Origin: Hemiscyllium ocellatum
Lineage: Eukaryota
Direction of reading: 5' to 3'
Length of the DNA: 64,000 nucleotides
NCBI RefSeq assembly: GCF_020745735.1
Contig: NC_083404.1
Span: forward strand, 21,824,001 to 21,888,000
In this document: positions 12,635 to 24,547 of the stretch, piece by piece
How positions within the stretch are numbered: position 1 is the stretch's first letter
Layout: each line of letters starts with the position of its first letter
Notes under the pieces: model-generated
What the model was told of the DNA's origin: nothing
Seen by the model: the letters and a program-made list of their open reading frames with translations, nothing else
Databases searched by the model: none
Translations under genes and position numbers: made by a program

Positions 12635-14064
12635 TCTCTATTCCTGAGATGCTGTCTAACCTGCTGTGCTTTGACCAGCAACACATTTGCAGCTGTGATC
12701 TCCAGCATCTGCAGACCTCATTTTTTACTCATGTATTTGGAAAGGCAAGGACTGATTAGGAATAGTCAACATGGCTTTGTGCATGGGAAATCATGCCTCA
12801 CAAACATAATTGAGTTTTTTGAAGAAGTAACAAAGAAGATTGATGAGGGCAGAGCAGTAGATGTGATCTATATGGACTTCAGTAAGGCGTTCGACAAGGT
12901 TCCCCATGAGAGACTGATTAGCAGGGTTAGATCTCACGGAATACAGAGAGAACTGGCCATTTGGATACAGAACTGGGTCCAAAGGTAGAAGACAGAGGCT
13001 GGTGGTGGAGGGTTGTTTTTCAGACTGGAGGCCTGTGACCAGTGGAGTGCCACAAGGATCGGTGCTGGGTCCTCTACTTTATGTCATTTACATAAATGAT
13101 TTGGATGCGGGTATAAGAGGTAGAGTTAGTAAGTTTGCAGATGACATCAAAATTGGAGGTGTAGTGGAAAGCGAAGAGGGTTACCTCAGATTACAACAGG
13201 ATTTGGACCAGATGGGCCAATAGGCTGAGAAGTGGCAGACGGAGTTTAATTCAGATAAATGTGAAGTGCTGCAGTTTGGGAAAGCAAATCTTAGCAGGAT
13301 TTATACACTTCATGGTAAGGTCCTAGGGAGTGTCGCTGAACAAAGAGACCTTGGAGTGCAGGTTCATAGCTCTTTGAAAGTGGAGTCGCAGGTAGATAGG
13401 ATAGTGAAGAAGGCGTTTGGTATGCTTTCCTTTATTGGTCAGAGTATTGAGTACAGGAGTTGGGAGGTCATTTTGCGGCTGTACAGGACATTGGTTAGGC
13501 CACTGTTGGAATATTGCATGCAATTCTGGTCTCCTTCCTATCAGAAAGATGCTGTGAAACTTGAAAGGGTTCAGAAAAGATTTACAAGGATGTTGCCAGG
13601 TTTGGAGGATTTGAGCTATAGGGAGAGGCTGAACAGGCTGGGCTGTTTTCCCGGAAGCGTCGGAGGCTGAGGTGTGACCTTATAGAGGTTTACAAAATTA
13701 TGAGGGGTGTGGATAGGATAAATACACAAAGTCTTTTCCCTGGGGTGGGGGAGTCCAGAACTAGAGGGCAAAGGTTTAGGGTGAAAGGGGAAAGATATAA
13801 AAGAGACCTAAGGGGCAACTTTTGCATGCAGAGGGTAGTACGTGTATGGAATGAGCAGCTAGAGGATGTGTGGAGGCTGGTACAATTGCAACATTTAAGA
13901 GGCATTTGGATGGGTATGTGAATAGGAAGTGTTTGGAAGGTTATGAGCCAGGTGCTGGCAGTTGGGACTAGATTGGGTTGGGATATGTGATCTGCATGGT
14001 CAGGTTGGACCGAAAGGTCTGTTTCCATGCTGTACATGTCTATGACTCTATGACTCTATAAGAA

Positions 14065-14500
14065 AGATAACCACCATATGTTTGGCAGGAGGACTATCAG
14101 CATATGTTTGAATCACTCAAACAATCATTGTTAGTAGAAACTTTTATCCTATAGCACTATGACCTAAGAAATTAGCCAATCCCTGAAGGTGACGCAGGAT
14201 TGTTGACTAACAGCATCATTCAAGATAACAAACCAATTGAATTTGGATCCAAAAGTCTATCAGAGACCCAATTAATGGCTATTGTAACATAGAATGTGAA
14301 ACACTTTACCTGGTGTTCAGTACCACAAGTTAATTTACATATTGATTCAGGAAGCAATTCAGTGTGGAAACTGATCACAAATGATCACTGATAGAATTAG
14401 CTGCAAACTACTGACAAGTTTAACATCCAGAGAGGGATATGATCAATCTTCAAGAAAAAGATAACTAAACGTTTGTAAAAACAATGCTCAATTCAGTGGT
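14065..14500 (+). mobile_element. Gypsy LTR-retrotransposon RNase H remnant
   Basis: Decayed translation ...IIQDNKPIEFGSKSLSETQ...NIECE...FSVETDHK matches Ty3/Gypsy RNase H motifs. Confidence 0.7.
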
Positions 14501-15740
14501 GTCATCTCAGTTTCATAAAGGACAAGTCACAGTTGAGAGATCTACAGCGGTTCTTTGAGGATGTAATCAGCAAGGCGGATCATGTATATCTAAACTGCCA
14601 GAAGGGGATCTGGTCGATAGTGTAAATCTAAACTTCCAGAAGGCATTTGACAAGGTGCAGTATAAAAGACTGAGCCAGAAGGTAAAATCCTAGAGGGTTA
14701 AGGGTAGAGAGTTAGCTTGGATAAAGGATTGACTGACTGACAGAAAGCATTTGGGATGAATACATTTTTTTTTCTGGACAGTGAACTGTAACTAGTGAGG
14801 TACTGCAGGGTTCAATTCTCAGACCTCAACTATTTATAATCTATATAAATGATCTGCAATAGGTATGGGGTGTAAAATAACAAAATTCATGGATGATACT
14901 AAAATAGGTGGGAAAGCAGACAGTGATAAAGAGTTTACAGATGGATGTTGATAGACGAGAAGAATGGGCCAGAATCTGGCAGATGGCATTTAATGTGGAT
15001 AAATGCGAAGTTGTGCATTTCGGCTAGAAAAATAAAGAGGCAAATTATTATTTAAATAGGGAGGAAATTCAAAGTGCATCAGTGCAAAGGGATCTGAATG
15101 TTTTTATGCAAGATTTACAGAAAATAGGTGTGCAGGTGCATCACATAATTATGGCATTTATTGCAAAAGGACTGGATTATAAAAATAAAAGAGTATTGTT
15201 ACCATAGATAAGGTTTTAGTGAAATAACACCTGGAATATTACATCCAGTTTTGGTCTCATTACTTGAGGAAGGATGTGGTAGCACTGTAGGCAGTTCAAA
15301 GGATGTTGACCAGGTTGATTCCAGGGATAAAGGAGTGCCATACAAGGAGCCGATGAATAGCTTGATCTTGTACTCGCTAGAGTTCAAAACAATGAGGGGA
15401 GATCTGATTCCACAATATAAAATGCTAAAGGGTTTTGTTAAGATGGATAGTAAACAGATGCTACCCCATTATGGAACAGTCTCAAACAAGACGTCATCGA
15501 CATGATGTGAGAGGAGATCAGTTCAAAACTGAGATGAGGAGATACTACTGCTCCCTGAGAATTGCGAATCTGTGGAACTCATTGCCCCAGAGTGAGATAA
15601 AAGGGACAAAAAGGCTACAGAGACCAAGCAGGAAAATGAAGTTATTGGCAGGAATAAGATTAACCATGACCGTGTTCACTGGTGGAGGGGGCCTCAAGGG
15701 CTGAATTGCCTACTCCCTCTCCTAATTCCTATGTTCCCAT
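14500..15740 (+). mobile_element. Degenerate CR1 RT and 3' end
   Basis: F.KAFDKV, QGS.L.P.LF.IYINDL and MRGDLI motifs; tail cctaattcctatgttcccatg. Confidence 0.85.
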
Positions 15741-15741
15741 G

Positions 15742-16080
15742 ACTCTGTCATCTGGTGCAAGCCTGATACCAATGGCTATATCTCTGGATTATGTTTAACA
15801 TGCTGAGCAGAAGTCCCATTTGGGAGCCCCATTTGGGGAACCTTGCTAAAACATAATCTGTTCAAATTCTCAGAGATAGAGGACAAACTTCTTGAAAAAC
15901 AAAGGAGAATAAAGATGATGTACAACAGAAATATTTGTCTGTAGCATAAATGGCTATGAGTGCCTGGACATCCTTATCAGTATTCTTGTGCTCCCAGAAT
16001 TGTAAAATGAGAAATGCCCAGAATCTGTTGCAATCTGCAGCAACTCATAATAGTGACTAATTTCATTCGAATACTTTTGT
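15742..16080 (+). mobile_element. Probable continuation of the Gypsy remnant (integrase C-terminal region)
   Basis: Decayed EIEDKLLEKQRRIKMMYNR helix in the position expected after the integrase core; resumes right after the CR1 tail. Confidence 0.35.
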
Positions 16081-16089
16081 GAGTAGTAC

Positions 16090-17445
16090 CAACTTCTAAC
16101 TTCACAGAGATGAGGAGTAATCTCTTCATCCAGAGAGTGATGAGCCTGTGGAATTCGCAAACACAAGAAGCAGTTGAGGCTAAAACATGATGTTCCTTTC
16201 ATCAAGGAAGTACATATAGCTTATATTGGCTAAAAGGATCAAAGTTTATGTAGAGACAGTGGGTTTGGGCTATTGAGCTTGATAATTTGCCATGATCATA
16301 AGACTATAAGTCCAAAAGATATAGGAGCAGAATTAGTCTAATCAGCTTATAGAGTCATCAGCATTCAATCAATGCTGATGTATTTCTCAACCCCATTCTC
16401 CTGCCTTGTTCCTGTAAATATTGATCCCCTTTCTAATCTAGAACCTATCTCTCTCTGTCTTAAAGGTACTCAATTCCTTGCCCTCCACAGCCTTCTATGG
16501 TAATGGGTTCCAAAGATTTAACACACTCCAGCTGAAGAAATTCCTCTTCATCTCAGGTTTACTCTGAGGCTGTGCCTTTAAGTTCTAGTCTCTCCTCCTA
16601 ATGGCAACACCTTTTCCACTTTTATTCTACTCAGACCTCTCAGTATTCTGTAATTTTCAAGGAGATCCATCCTATTCCTTCTAAACTCCAACAAGTACAA
16701 TCCAGAATCCTCAACTGTTCCTCATATGTCGAACCCTTCATCTCAGGAGTCATTTTGTAAACCTCCTAGGATCACTTCCTACATTAGCACATTCTTCCTC
16801 AGATATGGGGTCTAAAACTGCTGACAATATTCCAAATGCAGCTGACCTGAGACTTGTAAAATTTTGGAGTACATCTCTGCTCTCATATTCCAGCTCTCCC
16901 AAAATCAATGCGAAATTACATTTGCCTTCCTAATTGCCAACCGAAACTCCATGTTAACCTTAAGAGTATTCTGAACTAGAACTTCTAACCCTTTGTACCT
17001 CAGATTTCTGAATCCTTTCCTCATTTAGAAGAGAGTCTGTGCCTCTATTTTTCCTAATAAAGTAGATAACCTCACACATTCTCATATTGTAGTCCCTCTG
17101 CCACGTTTTTGCCCACATCCCAAATTCCCAAATCTGTCTGCAGTCTCCCACTTCTTCAACACTACGTGTCCCTCCACCTATCTTTGTCTCCCTGCAAACT
17201 TCACAATAATGCCCTTAGATCCTTCGTCCAGATCATTAGTGTATAAAAAGAATAGTTGTGAGCTCAACACTGACCCCTGTGGAACTCCAGTAGTCAAGGG
17301 CTGCCATCCTGAAAAAAGACCCTTTTATCCCCACTCTTTGCTTTCTGCCAGTCTGTCAATCCTCTATCCATGCCTTGACATACTGAATGGCGGAGCAAGC
17401 TCAAGGGGTCAAATGGGATACTCGTTCTCCTATCTGCTATGTTTC
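16090..17445 (+). mobile_element. CR1 3' end (16090-16298 plus 17378-17445) split by an opposite-strand CR1
   Basis: gccatgatcat at about 16298 resumes as actgaatggcggagcaagctc at about 17381. Confidence 0.7.
16299..17375 (-). mobile_element. CR1 3' 1.1-kb fragment
   Basis: Tail taagactataag...gatataggagcagaattag; the reverse strand carries GVPQGSVL and W....QxDYN...CEV. Confidence 0.85.
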
Positions 17446-18592
17446 ATTGCCTTTTGAACTCATGCAAAAGATCACACTGAGCATAATGTGTATGTGATGT
17501 TCATTGATCATTTCCCCTAGTATAGTTAATTGAGTAAATTGTACAATTCATCATCCTAAAAGAAATACCTGTTCAGGTTAATATTATAAGTTAGAAATTA
17601 CTGTTGGCTACATAAAATATTTAATAAATCCACAGGATATTCTATTGCTCACTGTTCAAGGTGCCTCAATACTTCATTTATTTGAAGTAACTTAATTTCT
17701 CTCCCAAAATATCAACCAAGGAAATGATTGCTTCAAGCATCATTGACTGATATTGGCAGCAGTCAGTTCAGGACTGCAGTTAGTTGTACATAGTTAAAAC
17801 AAACATTGTGGTTGGTAATTATGTGTTCATGTAACCAATGGATTTTCTGAGTATATAAAAAAGTGACTGCAAATTATATGAGCCAGAAATACATCTATTT
17901 AATAAAAGTGATCTGTTATTCAATCACAATTGTTCTAATTTTCCATTGCTTTTTGGGCTTAGACTGAATGAGTGTCTGTAGGAAAATTGAAATCTGGGCA
18001 AGAAATCAAATGTGGGTACAGTTATTGCTCACTTGATTTTGCACTGTAAGCTAATCACAAACATTAACGGTTGTTGACAAATTAGTCAAAGAGTGATTAA
18101 AACAATAAATAGCAAGTGAGACAATTGGAAACCAAACCTGTTACCAGATCCATTGTCAGTTTTAACAGTAACAGTGTGACGCATTAAAGCAAGTAAAACC
18201 AGAATTTGAAAAAAAAACATATCACAATGAAATTAAAAACTTCCAGAGATTCCTAAAATAAAGTTGCGCCCACAAATTTCTGAAGTGAAAATGGAGAACC
18301 GTTCTGACTGCTCATCATATCATGCTTAAGGAACTGTAATAAGTCTGTTATCATAAACTGTCTTTTGGTTTAAGGAAGATATCTGGGCTGTATCCAAATT
18401 TATATTAAGTATCTTCATGTGAATGAAGGGGCCAATTCTGAACCTGCAGATTTTTGCTATTGTTGCCACTGAATATTTCTGGCTGGACTAGCTCAGTTTC
18501 TAGTCAATAGCAATGTCAACAACAATGTCAAGGAAAGATGGTTAGATTCTGTCATATCAAAGCTAGTCATTGCCGACACGTCTAGTAGTAAG

Positions 18593-18740
18593 TGAAAGTG
18601 AGGAAGTGCAGATGCTGGAGCTCAAGAGCGTAGTGCTGGAAAAGCACGCATGTCAGGTAGCATCCGAGGAGCAGGAGAATCGACGTTTCAAGTATAAGCC
18701 TTGCTGCTTGGCTTGCTGTGCTTTTCCAGCACTACACTCT
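18593..18740 (-). mobile_element. Mini Penelope pLTR (family A), inverted pair
   Basis: Minus arm to gtttcaagtataagcc (hammerhead helix II), then plus arm tgctgcttggcttgctgtgcttttccagcactacactct. Confidence 0.85.
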
Positions 18741-18924
18741 TGGCACTTATATGGTGCTGATGTTACTTGTCACTTATCATCCCAAGTCTGAATGCGGTAC
18801 AGGAATTTGCATATGGACATGGACAGCTTCAGTATGTGAGGAGTCGTGAATGAATATTGTTCTTTCAGTAGATATAACACTCAGTTGTTATATCTCTCTT
18901 TAATGAGCAATGAGAAGGGATTAA

Positions 18925-21110
18925 TTCATGATCTCACAGGAGAGGGTCCTCTAGAATGCTACAATTTCAAATTCAGGTTGAGGGCAAGAGAATTGAGTTT
19001 TGCACTAACATTCTGGAAATTAAACAAAAGTAATTACATAGACAAGATTTAGCCCTTATTGGCGAGGTAAGAATGCTAAATGGTAGGTCAGTTGATGAGC
19101 AGTGGCAGATGTTTAAGAAGATAGTTAATTCTTCCCAGGGAGGAAGAAAGATTGTAAGAGGAAGAAAAAACATCCACAGCTAATCAAGGAAATTAAAGAT
19201 AAAGGCAAAACTAAGGCGTACCATATTGCAAAGGCTAGTGGCAGTCTGGAAGATTGAGAAACACTTAAAGATTAACAATATGTTATTAAAACTAATAAAA
19301 TGAACAGAAGTAAATTATGAAAGAAAACCAATGTAACAAGTATAAACAGTGATGTAAAACTTCTATAAGTACAAAAAAAAGGAAGAGAATAGCTCAAGTG
19401 AATATTGGTCCCTCAGAAAATGAGACTGCAGTGTGAATTGTGAGAACACAGAAGTGGCAGAGACACTAAATAAAGATTTTGTTTCAGTTTTCACAGTGAA
19501 GCACATTAGTACCAGCCCAGTAATAACAGATAATGCTGAAGTTATAGAAAAAGATGAACTTAAAACAATTATCACTGGAGAAAAAGAAAAGAGCAAACTA
19601 TTGGGATTAAAGGCAGCCAAGCCTAGGACCTGATTTCCTCCATCCTTGGATCTTAAAGGAAATGACAGCAGAGACAGTGGGTCTATAGATTGTAGTGTCC
19701 GAAAATTCCCTTGATGCTAGACAGAATCCAATTGATTGGAAAAACGCTAACATAATGTCTATGCTCAGAAAGGGAGGGAAGCAGAGAGTAGTAAACTATA
19801 AATTACTTTAATATTTGTCATTAGGAATTTGTTAGAATCCATTAATAAGGAAGTAATAACCGATGACTTGGAAAGTCAAAAGGCAATCCATTACAGTCAG
19901 CATGGTTTTATAAAAGATAAATTGTATTTGATTAATTTGTTTGAGTTATTTGGGGTCAAAAGTGTGTTGCTGGGAAAGCACAGCAGGTCAGGCAGCATTT
20001 GAGGAGCAGGAAAATTGCTGTTTCGGGCATAAGGAATTCCTGATAAAGGACTTTCCTCGCAACACAGTCTCGTCTCTGATCTCCAGCATCTGCAGTCCTT
20101 ACTTTCTCCTTCTTTGAAGACGTACCTAGCAAGTTAAATAACAGGAATACTGTGGACATAGTATATTTAGAAAGATTTGATAAGGTTCTGTATAAATTGG
20201 ATGCAGGGATAGAAAAACTCTAACTAAATTTGGATGTAACACAAAAATAATTGGGTAAGTAAGTTGCAATGAAGAAATAGAAATAAAATAGCAAGTGAAT
20301 GTGAATAGCTGAGGTGAATGGGCTCAAATTTGGCAGATGGAGTTTAACATGGATAAGTAAAAGAACAATAGAAAGGCAACATATTATCAAAATGGAGAGA
20401 AAGGTCAGAGTGCTTTGGTGCAGACAGATCACCATGCATGGAATACAGAAAGCTAATATGCAGGCATAGCATAGATTATGGAAGGCAAATGGAATTTTAG
20501 TACTTATTACCAAAAGAATAGAGGTTAAAATGGAAATTGTTACAGCAATTATACAAGACTCCATATCTGGAATATTGTGTATAGTTTTGGTCTCCTTACT
20601 TGAGGAGGGATGGTGACGCATTGAAGGCAGTGCAGAGGAAGTTTGCTCAATTAAATCCAGAGATGAGGGGTTTGTCTTGTGAAGAGAGATTGAGCAGTTT
20701 AGGCCTTCACTATCTAGAGTTTGGAAGGATGAAAGGAGATCTGATTGAGAAACATAAGCTCTTAAGAGGATTGACACAATAAACGTAAAGTTGATGGCTC
20801 CTTTTGTGGGCAATCTTGAATGAGAGCTCATCGTTTTTGAGAAGGTATAGCAGCTTTACAATGGAGATGAGGAGAAATTACTTCTCTGGAATGGTCTGTA
20901 AAATTCACTACCCTGGAGTGCAATGAATGCCAGGATACTGCATAAATTTAAAGAGGAGATAGACTTTTTAAAAAATAAGTAGTGAGTTGAAAGGTTATAG
21001 AGAATAGGCAGGAAAGTGGAGTTGAGGCTGTGATGAGATCAGCTGTTATTGAATTGAATGCGAGAGCAAGGTCAAGGAACTGAATTGTGTACTTCAGCTC
21101 CAATAAGAGC
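18925..21110 (+). mobile_element. Degenerate CR1 ORF2 and 3' UTR
   Basis: ORF pieces 19433-19633 (EVAETLNKDFVSVFT) and 20600-20782 (AVQRKF...ERLSSLGL..LE..RMKGDLIE). Confidence 0.85.
19957..20110. mobile_element. Mini Penelope pLTR (family A), inverted pair
   Basis: Minus arm to tttcgggcataa, junction ggaattcc, plus arm cctgataaagg...cagtccttactttctcct. Confidence 0.85.
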
Positions 21111-21659
21111 ATACTTAATTATCTGATTGCTTAGAACACTGTCTAAGTGTCTCTTTGAGCTGAAGGGCAGTTACTCTCAGCTGCATTCAAGTACTTTTGC
21201 CCTTCTTGGAAACCAAGCTGCCATGAAGTCAGGAACTAAATAGATTGAGCATCAGTGAACAGGTTATTGCTAAGTGAGTGCCATAGGACAGCACTGTCAA
21301 TGACACCTCCCATCATTTTGTTGATGATCAGAAAGAAGTTAAGAATGCAATAATGGACTGGATTGGACTTAACCTGCTTTTTGTGAACTGAACATGCCTG
21401 GGAAAATTTTCACATTGTTTGCATAAATATCAGTATCGTAGTTATATTGGATTATGATAGAACATCTCTGGAAAAAAAAATACTGAATCAGGGAAAAAAA
21501 AACAAGATTAATATCAGCAAAGTTAGCAGTTCCAGTGTTTTCTATTGCAAGATTTAGCTGAGAACTTTGTAAATACCTAAACATTAATCTTTGGAAGTTG
21601 CCCTGATTATGGAACTTTTTCTTTGGATCGGAAAACTGTACATGCAAATTTGATAGCTA

Positions 21660-22815
21660 AGAATGTTGAGAAAAGAAACTAGGAATTACAGGCCTGTGAA
21701 CATCTGCTTTTGATAAATCACAAGTTTTAAATAAGGAGAATTTGCCTGAAATCTTTGAAAATTTTCAGCTGATCAGGAAGAAATAGCATGTATTTGTAAC
21801 AAGTCATAGCTGATGAAAATATAAAAGATGACTAATAGAGGGCAAGAAATGTCTATTAAAGAACCCTCAGAAGGCATTTGACAGAGTATCTCATGAAGAG
21901 ATTTTTGCCATGAAATTGAAAGCAAATATATTATCTGGTTAAGAAATTAACTGAGTGGCAGAATAAAATAGAGTTGTATAACCGTCAGGAAGTAACCCAC
22001 ATGAATCTGAGTTTGACCCTGAACTGTTTGATATATTTGTTAATAACTTAAATAATAAAAAGGAACATGACTATTCCAAATTTGTGAAAGGAACAAAGAT
22101 AGGTGATATAAGTTGCAGTGCAGGTACAAGTGTAAAATTACAGAGACATTGTTACATTAAATGATTCAATAAACTATGAGAAAATAGATGTCAGGACAGC
22201 AATTTTGAAGCTCAGAATGGATGAACATGAAACAGTACATCTTAAATGGTAGGCTTAAAGAAACAATCAAGCTGAAAAGAGACTTGGAGGTCCAGGTACA
22301 TTGGTCATTAAAATGGTATGAAAAGGTACAGAAAATAAGTAAACGAATGCCTTTAGGTCTAGGTCATTAGGATAGACACAAAGTGCTAGTCAGACATCAC
22401 TTAAATAAATACTTACATGAGTACATCAAAAAATTCTGCACATCACACTTTAAAAATGATGTGCTAGTTGTGGAGAGACTATTAGAATGAGATCTGGATT
22501 CCAAAGGTCAAGCACCAAGAGAGTACACAATTAGGGCTGTATTTGTGAAATTTATACAGTTATAGGATTATTTTATCATGCTTGGAAGATATTAACAGGA
22601 ATGGATCAAGTAGATAAACTATTTCAAGTCCCTTCCACATAATAGATATATAATATATTTATTAATCGATTTTAGAGATCCAAAGATGCTGAACGATGTG
22701 GACCAAAAGCTGATGTGTGGCCCTTGGTCATAGACCAGCAGTTAATTCATTGAAAGATTAGAACCTGTGAAATTGAACCTGACTAATTGGCCTACTCCGA
22801 TTTCTATGTTTTTAC
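21660..22815 (+). mobile_element. Very old CR1 remnant
   Basis: cagaaggcatttgacagagt (KAFD), agagacttggaggtccaggtaca (RDLGVQV), 3' UTR ggcctactcc..tttctatgtt. Confidence 0.65.
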
Positions 22816-22896
22816 ATTGGATACGTTTCCACGCTACTATCATTACTGGCTTCAAACTCTTAGAACACAATAGAAGATAAATAAGGTGATATTCAC

Positions 22897-23035
22897 ATGG
22901 CCTAGTGGTATTATTGTTGGACTGTTAATCCAGAGACCCAGGTAATGTTCTGGGGGTCTGTGTTCAAATCCTACCATGGCAAATGGTGGAATTGAATTTG
23001 ATTTTTTTTTAAATCTTAAATTAAGGGTCTGACTG
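22897..23035 (+). mobile_element. 5' head of a second tRNA-derived SINE family
   Basis: A-box-like tggcctagtggt and B-box-like gttcaaatcc; homologous to the 5' end of the SINE at 32872-33210. Confidence 0.7.
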
Positions 23036-23869
23036 TGTCAAGAAGAACATATCTGTGATAACCATAATGGTCAGGCCATGTTGATCATGTGAGGGGTCAC
23101 CCATCCATTTCCTGGTGATGAAATTCTCTTGTGATAATTCAGAGGTAAGAAGCAACCCGTTGTATTATTGCATGGCTTCCAGGTCAGTCATACCTGTGTT
23201 TTCAGATAATGACACAACATCATGACATGTGACATTTTGAAAACACTTCCAGCCATTCTGTCTCTGTATAATAGAGTCACTGTAATGAATTAGTCAATGT
23301 ATGTGCATGGAGCATACAGTAACATCAGTGAGCAGAGGACCCTGATGATGTTTAGGTATCTTTAATGTTATAGTCAAGTAATTACACAGTGTTCAATATA
23401 AACTTCAGGACGGTCTCAATCAGAATATACCTGTAGTATATATTGAGCAATTAACGCAGAAGCTACAAAGCACTTCATAATGATAGTGTATGAACATTTA
23501 ATGGTGAAAAAGTGAGATCAAGCTAAGAAAACATGAATTTATTTATAATCCTCTCAGCAGTGCAGTCAAATAATCAACTGCTGAAGTTGTCAACACAAAA
23601 TGATAAATAGAAATTGGCCAAAATATTCTCTCAACAAAAGTTAAGTTTTCAAGCCACAATATGTTCTCCTTGAAAAGTGTTACATATAAGTGTAAGCATT
23701 TAATCAAGACAGATTAAAGGCCTCAGTACAAAAATTGTCAGCACAGCTCAAATTGTACCTTCTGATCTTGGCTGACATTTGTGTTTAATTTTGTCACTGG
23801 TTTCAGGTCCAATGGGTATCCTGAGTCTGCACTTGGCTGCCTGTCAAACAATTTTTCTGACTAATTGAA

Positions 23870-24010
23870 TTAGTTTTATTGTCATATGTACTCACACGAG
23901 TACAGCAAAAAGTCCACAAGTTACCACTTATCGCACCATCTTAGGTACATAGGTACCTAGGCACAGAATTTTGGTACAAAGTAGAACACAAAGTTAAAAA
24001 GTTAAACATT
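23870..24010 (-). mobile_element. Probable LINE 3' tail (Rex1/Babar-like)
   Basis: ttttattgtcatatgtact start resembles the tails at 46115 and 50880. Confidence 0.35.
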
Positions 24011-24159
24011 ACAGTTCTTCTTACTAAAAAGTAGAAAACAATCTGGGCACCTCACTCTTACAATCATTTTTCTTTTCTGCAGGCTGATCTATCCAGGCAA
24101 ATGAAGAGCACTTGTCAGACAGCAGAGACCAGAGCACAGGACTGAAGATATACAAACAA

Positions 24160-24415
24160 TTCCCGCCTGTGGTGATTGTCTGTATGGAGTTTTCATATTC
24201 TCCCAGTGTCTGCGTGGGTTTCCTCCGGGTGCTCCGGTTTCCACCCACAGTCCAAAGATGTGCAGGTTAGGTGAATTGGCCATGCTAAATTGCACATAGT
24301 GTTAGGTGCACTAGTCAGAGGGAAATGAGACTCTTTGGAGTTACTCTTTGGAGAGTCGATGTGGACTTGTTGGGCTGAAGGGCCTGTTTCCAAACTGTAG
24401 AGAGTCTAATGCTGT
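24160..24415 (+). mobile_element. HE1-like V-SINE, head truncated
   Basis: Well-preserved V core ctgcgtgggtttcctccgggtgctccggtttcc..ccacagtccaaagatgtgcaggttagg and CR1-type tail ttgggctgaagggcctgtttcc. Confidence 0.9.
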
Positions 24416-24547
24416 AGGACTAAGGGAGAATAGAGTATGATAGGACTGAAAAACAGGCCGTGACTCAACAACAAAACAAAAAACAAGGAAGAACATCATG
24501 GTACAACAATACTCATCAAAGACTTTTCTCCCCAATTCATATTGAAT

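Larger units (their letters stand above)
11494..12729 (+). mobile_element. Young 5'-truncated Penelope-like element (Neptune-type) with 3' pLTR
   Basis: C-rich and CpG-retaining; inserted in CR1 with TSD catgtatttg at 11465-11474 and 12730-12739. Confidence 0.95.
10448..14060 (+). mobile_element. HER1-like CR1 LINE, 5'-truncated, ORF2 broken, split by a Penelope insertion
   Basis: ORF pieces: endonuclease end (VGEHFGAS), EDWRLANVVPLFKKG...NYRPVSLTS, SQHGF...YMDFSKAFDKVPH, GVPQGSVLGP, KFADD; 3' tail (ctatgact)n at 14040-14060. Confidence 0.95.
18520..21560 (-). mobile_element. Family-2 CR1-like LINE RT remnant (18520-18860 and 21150-21560) hosting nested insertions
   Basis: 21360-21450 is the reverse complement of the plus-strand family-2 segment at 56530-56640 (aaaattgcccaagtgt..tgtccacaaaaagcagg). 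Confidence 0.6.

Noticed and set aside
20220-20831. 203-aa hydrophobic minus-strand ORF
   Set aside because: Antisense of a decayed CR1; the same applies to 10647-11153 and 62089-62400.
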